DNA of 47,898 nt from Planctomycetota bacterium (GCA_031403315.1 JANNTD010000127.1:1-47898); one strand, 5' to 3'. Counted from the first letter of the stretch, positions 23,483 through 33,464 are shown. Numbers and translations are program-made. Notes: generated by a model from the sequence alone, not told the origin.

Positions 23483-26449
23483 ATGTCGACCGGCACCCAA
23501 GCTTGCGACATCGTGCTGCCCGGCTACACGCTAGCCGATCGCATCGGGTCGGGCGGCTACGCCGAGGTGTGGCGCGCCGAGGCGCCGGGCGGCATCCAAA
23601 AAGCGGTCAAGATCGTCTACGGCTACTACGACGATGAATTCGCGTCGCAGGAGCTCAAGGCGCTCGAGCGGATCAAGGGCGTGCGGCATCCGTTCTTGCT
23701 GTCGCTCGAACGATTTGAGATCATCAGCGGCCGGCTGGCGATTCTCACGGAACTGGCCGACATGAGCCTCGACCAGCGGCTCCGCCAATGCCGCGCCGAC
23801 GGTCTCACCGGCATCCCGCGCGACGAACTGCTGCAGTACATGGCCGACGCGGCCGAGGCGCTCGACTTCCTTTCGCAGAAGCACAGCCTGTTGCACCTCG
23901 ACATCAAGCCGGAGAATTTGTTGGTCCTCGGCGATCACATCAAGGTGGCCGACTTCGGGCTGGTGAAGGAGCTGGCGTCGCGGACGCAGAATTCGCTAGT
24001 CTCGGGGATGACGCCGACCTACGCGTCGCCCGAAATGTTCGACGACGAGCCGTCCGCCCACAGCGATCAGTACAGTCTGGCGATCGTGTATCAGGAAATG
24101 CTGGTGGGCACCCTGCCCTTCCCCGGCCGCACCGCCGCGCAACTCGCCAAGCAGCACACGCAGGCCGAGCCGCAGCTGATGGCGCTGCCGGCGGAAGACC
24201 GGCCGGTGATCGCGCGGGCACTGGCGAAGAAGCCCGAAGACCGCTTTCCTTCCTGCAAGGCCTTTATTGACGCGCTGCTGCGTCGCGCGGAGGCAGCGCG
24301 CAATCCGCTGCCAACGGAGTTGCCACGGCCGACTCCTGCTGCGCCGCCGCCATCGGTTCCCGACGAGGGCGACACGAAGCCACCGTCGTTCTCTGCGACA
24401 CTCCGCAGGGCACCTGGACAGTCGTTCGAGGAATCGGATGCGAAGTTCACCCAACCGGTCGTGCGCGGAGAGCAGCCGGTGGAAGTGCTTCGGCCGGTTG
24501 CCGCCGCGCCCGAGCCGTTCGTCCCCGAAGACACGATCGACATCGCGGTGCCGGAGACGAACGCCGCCTTGCGGTGCGAGCAGCCGACGTTATACGTCGC
24601 GCTCGGTGGCGTGGGGATTCAAGTGCTTTGTCGATTGCGGGCGCTCGCCGCGTCGCGCGGCCAATCGAATGACGCTTACGAAGCGGCCGAGGCAATCGCA
24701 CTCGATACCGATCGCGACGAACTGCGCGAAGCCTGCTCGAGCCGCTGGAAGTGGCCGCTGGTGTCCGACGACACGCTGCACCTGCCGCTGCGGCTGCCCA
24801 AGAGTTACGACAATTCGCGCGAGATCCTCGGCTGGGTAAGTCGCCGCTGGCTGTACAATATTCCGCGGTCGCTGGAGACGCGCGGCTATCGCCCGTTGGG
24901 TCGCGTCGCGCTCGTGGACCACTCGCGACAGGTGTTCGCGCTGGTGGATCAAAAGCTTCAGCGCCTGGCGACGTTTGCCGATTCGGCCGACGCGGCGGGC
25001 GATGCTCGTGACTCCACGATCAAGATTGTGCTCTTGGCCGGGATGGGCGGCGGTACGGGCGCCGGCATGGCGATCGACGTCGCCAACGCGGTGAGGTCAC
25101 TAGCCGCCACCCGCGGGCTCAAGGTGGAGGTCCAAGGCTTCTTGATCTGCACCTGTTTCGGCGGCGCCAATTCGTCGCCGCTCGTGGCCGCAAATACTTA
25201 TTCGCTGCTCACGGAACTGAATCATGCGACGGCCGTGGGCAACGGCAGCGCGAGTGAGGCGGCGGTAAAAGCCAATCGGTTTGAATCGCGCGAGGCACCG
25301 TTCGACTGCGTCTACTGCGTGCCGGCTCGTGCCCGGACATCGGACTCGCAGGGCGCGGACGCGCTCGACACATTGGCCAAGTATCTGGCCCTCGAATCAA
25401 TGCCCGACGCCCGGGCGGTGATTCGCTCCTGCCGCACCGCGCAGACGCCGCGCGAGCAATCGCGGGGCCGGTCGCTTTCGCTCAAGAAGCTGGGCTTCGC
25501 ATCGCTCGCGGATCGCAAGCACGAATTCATCCGCGAGCTGGCGAACGATCTCGCCGAAGCGATCAAACGACACTGGCTGGCGAAGGACAACAGCGCCGAT
25601 TGGGAGCGGCTCGTCCGCAACGAGCAACAAGCCGCGAGCGTACCGAAGTTGGCAACCGCGACCGAGGGCGAGCCAGGCGCGCCGCCGGTCGTGCTGCCGG
25701 TGAACGACGCGTCGCCGCTGGCGCTCCGCGGTCGATTCAAAGACCACATGTCGCTCGAGTTTGCCAGTGAAGTGCTGGTCGCGATTCAGCATCAGCTCGA
25801 CGCCCGCGACGATCGCGGCCGGCCGCTAATTCTGCCGCGCGACGCCAAGCAGATCGCCGACGCGGCTCGTGGCGTGTTGGCTGCGCTCGTCGTCCACGTG
25901 AAACACCAAACCGGCGGCGCTGCACGATTCGTCGGTTCGCCGGTGCTGCGCAATTTGATCACCGCCGGCAGCCAGCGCGTGCTCGGTCAAGCAGTAGAAA
26001 AATTCGACCCGAAGCAACCCGAACGATTTCTACCCGTCGAAGCGATCGATGAGCTGCTTCAGGCGGGGTGTCGGGCCCTGCTCGAAGAAAGCCTCGCCCA
26101 GCCGGAACTCGCCGCGGCACTCACGGCACTCATCGAGCTCGACCAGGCGACGGCCCGCACGATCGACCATGCGACCACCGATCTGCTTCAATGTGGCTGC
26201 GACCGGCGCACGCTGTTGGTCGTGCCGCAGGACCAGTCGCAGAGCGCGGCGGCGGAAAAGCTGCTGGCCGCGCGGCCGATGGCGGCCGTCGTTCCGGCCG
26301 CCGTCGAAGACGTGCTCGTGGTCTCGGAAGAGGCCGGTATCTCGCCGCGTTCGCTCGCCCTGGGGCTGGAACGCGTGTTCCCCGGCATCGCCGACGCCGC
26401 CCGCCGGCTGCTCACGCGGATCGACGTCGAGTGGCAGAGCCTGGTTTGA
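23483..26449 (+). CDS. Ser/Thr protein kinase fused to a tubulin/FtsZ-superfamily-like (Tubulin_2-type) module
   Basis: Kinase motifs: IGSGGYAEVW, AVKIV, HLDIKPENLL, ADFGL, ASPEMF. A Pro-rich linker follows. The second module then has TLYVALGGVGIQVLCRL, RGYRPLGRVAL, LLAGMGGGTGAGMAIDVA (GGGTGAG at 25046-25066) and ANTYSLLTELN. ATG 23483 preferred over TTG 23438. Confidence 0.75.
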   Translation: MSTGTQACDIVLPGYTLADRIGSGGYAEVWRAEAPGGIQKAVKIVYGYYDDEFASQELKALERIKGVRHPFLLSLERFEIISGRLAILTELADMSLDQRLRQCRADGLTGIPRDELLQYMADAAEALDFLSQKHSLLHLDIKPENLLVLGDHIKVADFGLVKELASRTQNSLVSGMTPTYASPEMFDDEPSAHSDQYSLAIVYQEMLVGTLPFPGRTAAQLAKQHTQAEPQLMALPAEDRPVIARALAKKPEDRFPSCKAFIDALLRRAEAARNPLPTELPRPTPAAPPPSVPDEGDTKPPSFSATLRRAPGQSFEESDAKFTQPVVRGEQPVEVLRPVAAAPEPFVPEDTIDIAVPETNAALRCEQPTLYVALGGVGIQVLCRLRALAASRGQSNDAYEAAEAIALDTDRDELREACSSRWKWPLVSDDTLHLPLRLPKSYDNSREILGWVSRRWLYNIPRSLETRGYRPLGRVALVDHSRQVFALVDQKLQRLATFADSADAAGDARDSTIKIVLLAGMGGGTGAGMAIDVANAVRSLAATRGLKVEVQGFLICTCFGGANSSPLVAANTYSLLTELNHATAVGNGSASEAAVKANRFESREAPFDCVYCVPARARTSDSQGADALDTLAKYLALESMPDARAVIRSCRTAQTPREQSRGRSLSLKKLGFASLADRKHEFIRELANDLAEAIKRHWLAKDNSADWERLVRNEQQAASVPKLATATEGEPGAPPVVLPVNDASPLALRGRFKDHMSLEFASEVLVAIQHQLDARDDRGRPLILPRDAKQIADAARGVLAALVVHVKHQTGGAARFVGSPVLRNLITAGSQRVLGQAVEKFDPKQPERFLPVEAIDELLQAGCRALLEESLAQPELAAALTALIELDQATARTIDHATTDLLQCGCDRRTLLVVPQDQSQSAAAEKLLAARPMAAVVPAAVEDVLVVSEEAGISPRSLALGLERVFPGIADAARRLLTRIDVEWQSLV

Positions 26450-26477
26450 TCGGGGCGCGTTGGGCAAGATGCCGATG

Positions 26478-27938
26478 CTAGTTGCGGCTATCCGCGATCG
26501 GCCTCCAGCCCAGCCGCTTGACTCCGCGTTTTGCTAGCTCGTGGCTCATGAAGAGCTTCCAAATGAGCCCGGTGCGCGCATTTTCGATGGCAAGCAACAT
26601 CGGACCGATGTCGATCGAGACGTTGTCGTCCGAAACATGGGGCTGGTCGAGATTGAAACTGTCGGCAAACGCGAAGCCACCGTTGTCCGGGTCGCGCCAA
26701 ACGAGCGGGGCACCATTCTTGTCTTTCAATTGGCGATACGCACGCAGGGCGGCAATGCTTTCGGTCGGCGTGAACATGATTGAGCTGCCCGCCGCATAGG
26801 GTGCGATGGTTCCCAGTCGCCAGTCCTCCTCGTCGCGCAGGTTGGGTTCGACACCCTGGACCAGATAGACTGACTGCCCGCGGGCGTTGAATCCCATGCA
26901 CGGGCTGACACCCCATCGATCGGGCGCAAAGGAAGTGAAACGATCGGCGACCTCGAGGCAGCGCTGGCGATGCGTCAACAAAGCCCGCCGCGAATTCTCG
27001 AACCAATCGACGCGCGGCGCTTTGACGCCAAACCTGGCCGGCTCGTCGGCGGCGAATCGGCGGTGATCGATCCAGCAGTGGGCAAACAAATAGTTGAAAG
27101 GGATGCCGTTCCAAGACACGACGAACGGCAGCAGATCGTTGTGCCGCTCGACGGTTCGCTGGAGCCGATAGTAGTCGCGCGGCTCGAGGGCGAATTCCGG
27201 CGTCGGGCAGGCGACCGCGAGAAAATAGATGATCCGCTCTTCGTCGCTGGCGAGATACCAGGTGTTCTCGATGAATGTTCCGGGCCCCTGCATGTTAGCG
27301 TTGTCGGCGGGCCGCCAACCCATGTGCAGGAAGCCGTCGGCCCGGCTGACGAACGCCCGCCAGTTGCTCTGGGCGGCAATCTCGTCGACGATGCGTGCTA
27401 CTTCGCCGCCGAAATAGACGGCGGCAGGCATCGCACCGGCCAGCAGCAGCGAGTGGTCGACGGTGCTGGCTTCGTTGCGATAAGGCGGATGGATGTCACC
27501 CGAATCGGTGCGGACAAAGTGCAAGTAGATGCCGTCGCGGCGGTTGGTGTCGCGGCGACGCAAGAAGCGCAGAACTTGCAGCGCCCGCTGTTCGCCTTGT
27601 GCGTGTGTGATCCAACCGCGTTCGACGCCGATCGGAATTGCCGAGAGCTGGAATCCCACGCCGGCCAAACTCGCAACTTCACCGTAGCGCCGATCCTTGA
27701 CCAGTCCGCTGGGACGGCCAACTTCCTGCCAGAGAAAATTGAAGCAACCTCGCTCGATGGATTCCAACAAAGCCGCGTCGTCGGCCGAGAAGTTGTAGTC
27801 TATGGCTTGCCGGGTCGCGGCCGTGCGCAGAATATCCTGCGTCTCGGCCGCCGACAGCGGCCCGGATCGCGCGACAATCATCCACGCCGCGGCGGCGACG
27901 AGGGCGAGCGCTAGCGCGTGCGGGCGGTGCGGCGTCAT
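26478..27938 (-). CDS. Glucoamylase-like (DUF3131/PF10091-type, GH144-like) glycoside hydrolase, secreted
   Basis: Signal-like MTPHRPHALALALVAAAAWMIVA. Alpha/alpha-barrel-type motifs as I recall them for the glucoamylase-family beta-1,2-glucanase group (FNFLWQE, GLVKDR, VGFQLSAIPIG, STVDHSLLLAGA, WRDPDNGGFAFADSFN). The family call is unverified. Confidence 0.5.
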   Translation of the reverse strand: MTPHRPHALALALVAAAAWMIVARSGPLSAAETQDILRTAATRQAIDYNFSADDAALLESIERGCFNFLWQEVGRPSGLVKDRRYGEVASLAGVGFQLSAIPIGVERGWITHAQGEQRALQVLRFLRRRDTNRRDGIYLHFVRTDSGDIHPPYRNEASTVDHSLLLAGAMPAAVYFGGEVARIVDEIAAQSNWRAFVSRADGFLHMGWRPADNANMQGPGTFIENTWYLASDEERIIYFLAVACPTPEFALEPRDYYRLQRTVERHNDLLPFVVSWNGIPFNYLFAHCWIDHRRFAADEPARFGVKAPRVDWFENSRRALLTHRQRCLEVADRFTSFAPDRWGVSPCMGFNARGQSVYLVQGVEPNLRDEEDWRLGTIAPYAAGSSIMFTPTESIAALRAYRQLKDKNGAPLVWRDPDNGGFAFADSFNLDQPHVSDDNVSIDIGPMLLAIENARTGLIWKLFMSHELAKRGVKRLGWRPIADSRN

Positions 27939-27953
27939 GGCTCGTCAATTGCT

Positions 27954-29456
27954 CTATTCGTCGGTCGCCAACGGCACGGCGACAATTCCGTACATGTTCA
28001 AGTCGTCGTGCGGGGTCTCGGTGGCGCCCAAGCGGACCGGCCCCGGACTCTCGACCTCTCGAACCCAGACAGAGAGCACGTCGTCGACGCTAACCCCCGC
28101 GCCCGCGCCCGCGGCGACACCCTGGCTGAGCACGCCGTTATACATCCAGGGACCGCCGTCGACGCCGATCTTGTCGCCGGTATCGCGGAAGTTCTCACGC
28201 AACCACAGTGGCGCGGCGATGCGGTCGTCGAACAAGATGTAGAGCTTGCACGGCTCCTCGAGCGTGACGATGATCTCAATGTCTTTGCGACACTTGTCGT
28301 TGTTGAAGGTCTTCACGTAGTCGCCGCCCAGCAAGTATTTAGGCATGCCCGACGGATCGGTGCCGTTCCATTCGTGCGATTGGCGGTCGACAAACGCGCG
28401 AGCGTCTTCTTGCATTCCGGCGCGGACGATTTCGTAGTAATTCCAAGCCGTTTCGCGTTGGATGTTGTCGCGGACCGACGAGATGATGGCGGGCCGGAGC
28501 GAATTCGCCACGGGCGTCAGTAAATCGTCGGAGAATCGCTGGTCGGAGATCGAAACGATGCGGCTGATCGTGCCGTAGGCGTCGAATCGCATCGCCTCCC
28601 CGGTAAAGAGCCGGCGCTGCTGCTCGGCGCCCCCTTCCTCGAGCTGGTAGTTGAGATCGACCGATCCCTCGAAGACGACGACGTCGGTGGCGCCGGCGTC
28701 GTCGACCTCGATGCCGAGCTCCGTCCCGAGGTCGATCACGGTAGCACGCGGCGTCAGCACAGAGAAGCCTTCGGCTCCTTTGGCGATCTTGGCGGTGAGC
28801 TTGCCCAAGAGAGCCCGCCCGCGCATGTCGGAGATCACCTCGAACAGCGCCGGGCCGTGGAGCGTGAGCACGGTGCCGTTGTCGTAGGTCAAACGCAACT
28901 TGCCGCGAGCCACGCGAATCATGTCGTTGCAGTAGATGTCGCTGCGCTGGGCGTCACTGTGGTGATCGAGCGACCATTGGCAGTCGGATGTCTCGAGCAC
29001 CACCTGGGCCAAGACCGTGGGCGGCGCGGTTCGATCCACGATGTCTGCCGGCGGTCGGGCGACGGTTTCTCGCGCCGTACGCGGATACCAAACGAAGGCG
29101 GCGGCTACTGTCAGGCCGGCGGCGATGAAAGCAGCGAACGCCAACCGTTGGCGATTTGTGGTTGCTCGACGACTTCGACCAGACACGGCGTCCGACGCCG
29201 CCGGCCGGGGCCAGTCGCTGGAATCGCAGAACGAAGGCACGACGGATTGAAGGTATTCCTTGGCCGCGACTTCGCCGTGGATGCCTGCGTGAACTCCCAT
29301 GTAGGCGATGTAAATCGCGCGGGCCTCACGGCTCTGCTTGAGCTCGCTCTGAAGTTGTTCCAGCTCCTCGTCGCCGATGCTGCCGTCGCACCAAGCGGAG
29401 ATCAGGCGCCGCAGTTGCTCTTGGTTGAATCGAATTGGCGAACCGGCTTCGGCCAT
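27954..29456 (-). CDS. FecR-family transmembrane anti-sigma factor with a large C-terminal sensor region
   Basis: N-terminal LISAWCDGSIGDEELEQL, TM LAFAAFIAAGLTVAAAFVW, and FecR beta-domain (RGKLRLTYDNGTVLTLHGPALFEV...VLTPRATVIDLGTELGIEV...VVVFEGSVDL). Starts 10 nt after the sigma gene; its stop lies 15 nt upstream of the next gene's start codon. Confidence 0.8.
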   Translation of the reverse strand: MAEAGSPIRFNQEQLRRLISAWCDGSIGDEELEQLQSELKQSREARAIYIAYMGVHAGIHGEVAAKEYLQSVVPSFCDSSDWPRPAASDAVSGRSRRATTNRQRLAFAAFIAAGLTVAAAFVWYPRTARETVARPPADIVDRTAPPTVLAQVVLETSDCQWSLDHHSDAQRSDIYCNDMIRVARGKLRLTYDNGTVLTLHGPALFEVISDMRGRALLGKLTAKIAKGAEGFSVLTPRATVIDLGTELGIEVDDAGATDVVVFEGSVDLNYQLEEGGAEQQRRLFTGEAMRFDAYGTISRIVSISDQRFSDDLLTPVANSLRPAIISSVRDNIQRETAWNYYEIVRAGMQEDARAFVDRQSHEWNGTDPSGMPKYLLGGDYVKTFNNDKCRKDIEIIVTLEEPCKLYILFDDRIAAPLWLRENFRDTGDKIGVDGGPWMYNGVLSQGVAAGAGAGVSVDDVLSVWVREVESPGPVRLGATETPHDDLNMYGIVAVPLATDE

Positions 29457-29466
29457 GGGAATTTAC

Positions 29467-30024
29467 CTACTTCGACCCCGACGTCGGATGCGCATCGCGG
29501 GCGATGGCCAGCTCGACGCAACGATACAGCGACTCGCGGATGCGCACCAAGGAACTATAGACCGTGCTCAGCGGCCGGCCAAGTTGCTCGGCGATCTGAG
29601 CCACGGTGATTTCCGAGCTATAGCGGGCACTGAGCAGCCAGCGGTCCTGTTCGCTGAGCTTCTTCATGCAATCGGGAAGGGCGGTCCGACGGCGATCGTT
29701 GTCGTCGGCGTGCTCCAGGTATTCTTCGGCGAGTGTGTTGATCAGGGCCTCGTCAAATTGCAGTTTGTCGGTCGCCGCCATCCGTCGAAAGCGAAGCACT
29801 TCAATCAGTGCCACGCCGCAGGCCCAGCGGAAGAAATCGCGCGTCGGGTCAAATGTCGCCCGTTTCTTCCACAAGGCGATGCTGGCTTCTTGAAGCACGT
29901 CGTCGGCGTGAGTGCAGTCGCGCACCAGGCTGAAGATATAGGCGCGCAGTCGCAACTGGCTTTGGGCAAATAACTGCACAAAACGATCGTCGGGCGATCG
30001 GTCCTGGTTTGGTTCCGTCTCCAT
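29467..30024 (-). CDS. ECF (group IV) RNA polymerase sigma factor
   Basis: 185 aa from METEPNQ, with GGAGG SD. Region 2: LRAYIFSLVRDCTHADDVLQEASIALWKK..FFRWACGVA. Region 4: LSEQDRWLLSARYSSEITVAQIAEQLGRPLSTVYSSLVRIR. The upstream 131 codons of the listed ORF have no family match. Confidence 0.85.
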   Translation of the reverse strand: METEPNQDRSPDDRFVQLFAQSQLRLRAYIFSLVRDCTHADDVLQEASIALWKKRATFDPTRDFFRWACGVALIEVLRFRRMAATDKLQFDEALINTLAEEYLEHADDNDRRRTALPDCMKKLSEQDRWLLSARYSSEITVAQIAEQLGRPLSTVYSSLVRIRESLYRCVELAIARDAHPTSGSK

Positions 30025-30262
30025 CACTCCTCCGCCGCGCGAGTAGCTCCACAAGTTATCCGCCATCAGGGCCCAAAAATTCCAGGCAAGAATCGGCGAA
30101 ATCCCCAGATTTGTGGCCCCTGGGTAACGGTCGACAAATCTGACCATTTTGGGGGATTTTCGTTCGTAATCCTGGCTCCAGTCGGCGGAATAGTTACGGG
30201 CCAGACGGTGTCTGGGATCGGTTGGATTTCCATTTGCGTTAGTTCGAGCCCGAGGAGCAACC

Positions 30263-31411
30263 ATGGCGGCGAGACGGACCAACCGGCGGTGCGCCTTTAC
30301 ACTTGTTGAATTGCTGGTCGTGATTGCGATCATCGGGATTCTGGTCGCCCTGTTGTTGCCGGCGATCCAGGCGGCCCGCGAAGCTGCTCGTCGGTCGCAG
30401 TGCAAGAACAACCTCAAGCAAGTCGGCCTGGCGACGTTGAACTTTCACGATTCGAAGAAGTACTTTCCGCTCGGCGGGACGGGCGCGTGGCCGATCTATG
30501 ACTACTACTTCACCGGTGGCCGGTCGAACGGGCCGCCGACACAGGGTTTGGGCTGGCCATTTCAGCTCATGCCGTTTATCGAGGAACAGGCGGCCCAGCA
30601 GAATGCAGCCGCCGTCGCCGACGGCACGCGGGCCGGTCTCAACGCGATCACTGCCAATCCGATCGAAGGCTACAACTGCCCTTCGCGTCGCGGGCCGACA
30701 CGACATTTCGACGCCACCGAAAATCTCTCCACGTGGCTGATGGATTACGCGGCGGCGAATCCCGGTCCGACGCGCGCCGAGAGCGCCAGCACCGATTCCG
30801 GAAACTCCGATCTGCCGAAGGATTTCAATCAGTTGCTCAACGATGCCGCTTGGGAGGCCCAGAGCGGGCCAGATGTCGGGTTCTTGTTCAATGGTTGCAA
30901 TGAATGTCGCGGGCGCCTTGATCCGGGTTGCGTGGCCAGCGGCGTCCGTTGGCCGAACGCAACCTTTCGCGGCATCGTCCAGCGGAGCGATTGGAAGGCC
31001 TTTGCCGCGAGCAATTTTAACAATTGTCACTACGGTTGGGGCCGTACGGTGAAAATCGCGCAGGTTACGGACGGCACCAGCAAAACCATGTGGGTTAGCG
31101 AAAAGCGGCTCGAGCCCAAGAGTTACCAAGAAGGCGCCGGCTGGGACGACCGCGGTTGGACCGACGGTTGGGACTACGACATCATCCGCTCGACGATGGC
31201 GCCCTTGGCCGCGGATGCCGACCTGGCCGACACCGCAAACCGCGAGCGTGCTCAGTTGTCATACGGTTTCGGCGCGGCCCATCCCGGCGCCGTGAACGCA
31301 GTGTTCGCCGACGGGTCGGTGCAGTCGATTTCGTACGACGTGGACCGAGAACTATTTAACGTACTAGCGCATCGCGACGACGGCGAAGTCGTCAAAGCAG
31401 ACGCATTCTGA
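30263..31411 (+). CDS. DUF1559 / H-X9-DG pseudopilin-like protein
   Basis: [37 protein letters not shown] and C-terminal [17 protein letters not shown] (H-X9-DG). Confidence 0.85.
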   Translation: MAARRTNRRCAFTLVELLVVIAIIGILVALLLPAIQAAREAARRSQCKNNLKQVGLATLNFHDSKKYFPLGGTGAWPIYDYYFTGGRSNGPPTQGLGWPFQLMPFIEEQAAQQNAAAVADGTRAGLNAITANPIEGYNCPSRRGPTRHFDATENLSTWLMDYAAANPGPTRAESASTDSGNSDLPKDFNQLLNDAAWEAQSGPDVGFLFNGCNECRGRLDPGCVASGVRWPNATFRGIVQRSDWKAFAASNFNNCHYGWGRTVKIAQVTDGTSKTMWVSEKRLEPKSYQEGAGWDDRGWTDGWDYDIIRSTMAPLAADADLADTANRERAQLSYGFGAAHPGAVNAVFADGSVQSISYDVDRELFNVLAHRDDGEVVKADAF

Positions 31412-31418
31412 GGCAACT

Positions 31419-32573
31419 ATGAACGGAAACATCAGGCGATATTTGTTGGTGGCAGGCGTGACGGTGGTGATCGTCGGTGCCGTTTGGCAGCCGGCGGTCC
31501 AGGCCGGGCCACAGGTCAATCATGTGCTCGAGGAGTTGTTCGTCGCCCAGAACGTGCCAGGGACATCCGTCGCCACGATCGACGACATCGCTGACGGCAG
31601 TTGGTCGTTTTCCGAGACGAACATGGTCGGACTAACCACGGGATTCGCCAACAATCGGCACAATTTCAAGTTTTCGGAAGACGGCGTCAATCCGATCCTA
31701 TTTCAAAATGACTTGCCGTGGGACGTGAGCTTCGACATTCGGCTGGATGCAACGCTGGCGAGTCCGCGCAAGGCGTTTAATTTCACGCTCTTCAACAGCG
31801 GCGGCACGGGAACTTCCGGCAGCGGCGACAGCCAGATCAATCTGACGACCAACCGCAGCCCCGTTGGCACGACCGGCTCGAGTGATCCTCCCGGCGAAGC
31901 GGCCCAATTCAGCGGGCAATTCAATTTCCTGCGCTTGATCGGGCCTCCGGACGGTTCGGCGGCGATCAATCCGAATCCGACAGTTAGTTACACGGCGGGT
32001 ACGACGATCAACATGCACATCGTCCATACGCCGAGCCCCGACGACGGCGTGACGCCGGCCGAAGTGGAATTCATCTATACCGATGGCAGCGGAGCCTACA
32101 CCAATGCCGATAGCAGCGGCGTCGCGCCGAGCGACCCCATCAAGCTGCGCAACACAGGCGAGTTCATTGACGGTTACACCATGGGGTTCATCGTCCAGGG
32201 AATTGCTCACTCCGGCACGCCGGTCGACAGCTACGGCGTCACGATCACCAATTTTCAAGCGTCGATCGGCGAGATCGGCGTGCCAGGCGACTACAACGAG
32301 AACAACGTGGTTGACGCGGCCGACTACAGCGTGTGGCGTGACCGCCTGGGCCAAAATATTGCGCTGCCAAACGAAGTCGAGACGCCCAACATGGTGACCG
32401 TCGAAGACTACGACTATTGGAAAGCTCATTTCGGCGCGACCAGCGGCAGCGGCGGTGGCAGCGCCGCGGTGGGCAGTGTGGTTCCCGAGCCGGCGGCAGC
32501 GATTCTCGCGATCGTGGCCGGCGTTTTGCTTGGTCCATGGCATCGCAGGAACAAATTTGCGGCGAGTTCGTGA
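31419..32573 (+). CDS. Secreted protein with dockerin-like repeats and PEP-CTERM anchor
   Basis: Signal-like MNGNIRRYLLVAGVTVVIVGAVWQPAVQA. GDYNENNVVDAADYSVWRDRLG and TVEDYDYWKAHFG. C-terminal VPEPAAAILAIVAGVLLGPWHRRN. Starts 8 nt after the DUF1559 gene. Confidence 0.8.
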   Translation: MNGNIRRYLLVAGVTVVIVGAVWQPAVQAGPQVNHVLEELFVAQNVPGTSVATIDDIADGSWSFSETNMVGLTTGFANNRHNFKFSEDGVNPILFQNDLPWDVSFDIRLDATLASPRKAFNFTLFNSGGTGTSGSGDSQINLTTNRSPVGTTGSSDPPGEAAQFSGQFNFLRLIGPPDGSAAINPNPTVSYTAGTTINMHIVHTPSPDDGVTPAEVEFIYTDGSGAYTNADSSGVAPSDPIKLRNTGEFIDGYTMGFIVQGIAHSGTPVDSYGVTITNFQASIGEIGVPGDYNENNVVDAADYSVWRDRLGQNIALPNEVETPNMVTVEDYDYWKAHFGATSGSGGGSAAVGSVVPEPAAAILAIVAGVLLGPWHRRNKFAASS

Positions 32574-32677
32574 GTGATTGATGTGTGTATGGCGGTGAGT
32601 TGTCGGAGCGGCGGCGTCCGCCCTTTGGGCAACCCCTCTTCTTTGATTGTGTTCTACTTTTGATGGAGGTGTGATTA

Positions 32678-33385
32678 ATGAGACGAATCTTTGTGTTGTG
32701 GATGGCAGTCGGTGCGATCGCGATCCTGGCCCCAGCGGCCCAAGCGGAATTGCTCTTGAACGGCGAATTGACGACCCCGGCCGGCAACAACGAAGCGGCC
32801 GACAATTGGTCGAAGTCGGAGCCGACGCTTAACGGCGTGACGCCGATTGATTCTTTCCGCTTCCAAAAAGCCGGCTTCACCGACCACGTGGGCGTGGACG
32901 CGGTGGGCGGCATGTGGTTTCGCGGCTTTCAGGGTGACAACGGCTCCAACCCCGGAATCTTCGTCGACGCCAGCGCCTGGCAAGATGTGGCCGCCGGTCC
33001 CGGCAGCTACTTGCTCTCGTTCTTCGAGAAGCACGAGCGGAACTTCACAGCCGATTCCGCGACCGTGGAAATGATTTTCTATCAAGGGGGTGGTGGCGGT
33101 ACCGCGCTGGGTTCTGCTTCGTTCGATCTGTTGGCGTCGCCGTCGACGTTCACGGACCCCGAAAACTGGGTGCAGCGCTCGCTGCCCGGAGTGGCCCCAG
33201 CCGGTACCGACACGATCCGCGTGTTGGCCCAAATGGACAACGGCCGCGATTCGCATATCGCGGGCTTCAACCCGCAGAGCATGATGCTCGACGGCTTCTC
33301 GCTGACGGTTCCAGAGCCGGGGACGATCGTCCTGCTTGGGCTCGGAGCGCTGAGCTTGGCCGGCGTGGGATGCCGCCGACGCTAG
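32678..33385 (+). CDS. PEP-CTERM secreted protein, unknown function
   Basis: Signal MRRIFVLWMAVGAIAILAPAAQA. C-terminal VPEPGTIVLLGLGALSLAGVGCRRR. Confidence 0.75.
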   Translation: MRRIFVLWMAVGAIAILAPAAQAELLLNGELTTPAGNNEAADNWSKSEPTLNGVTPIDSFRFQKAGFTDHVGVDAVGGMWFRGFQGDNGSNPGIFVDASAWQDVAAGPGSYLLSFFEKHERNFTADSATVEMIFYQGGGGGTALGSASFDLLASPSTFTDPENWVQRSLPGVAPAGTDTIRVLAQMDNGRDSHIAGFNPQSMMLDGFSLTVPEPGTIVLLGLGALSLAGVGCRRR

Positions 33386-33433
33386 TGGCGGCCGCAATCA
33401 ACCATTCCCCAATTCTCAAGGTACGGTTCCACG

Positions 33434-33464
33434 AGGGATGCTCGTCTCGAGGGCGAGCATCCCT
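33434..33464 (+). terminator. Hairpin terminator candidate
   Basis: AGGGATGCTCG (33434-44) / loop tctcgaggg / CGAGCATCCCT (33454-64): a perfect 11-bp stem 49 nt after the stop at 33385, followed by tgttaactttt. Confidence 0.5.

Noticed and set aside
20606-23500. 425-aa and 422-aa minus-strand ORFs (20606-21883 and 22232-23500), plus similar ORFs at 3830-4915, 15046-16089, 26970-27914, 30239-31129, 31698-32543, 34601-35755 and 36412-37665
   Set aside because: Each overlaps a motif-supported gene out of frame or on the opposite strand, and each has extreme Arg/Pro/Ala/Gly content.
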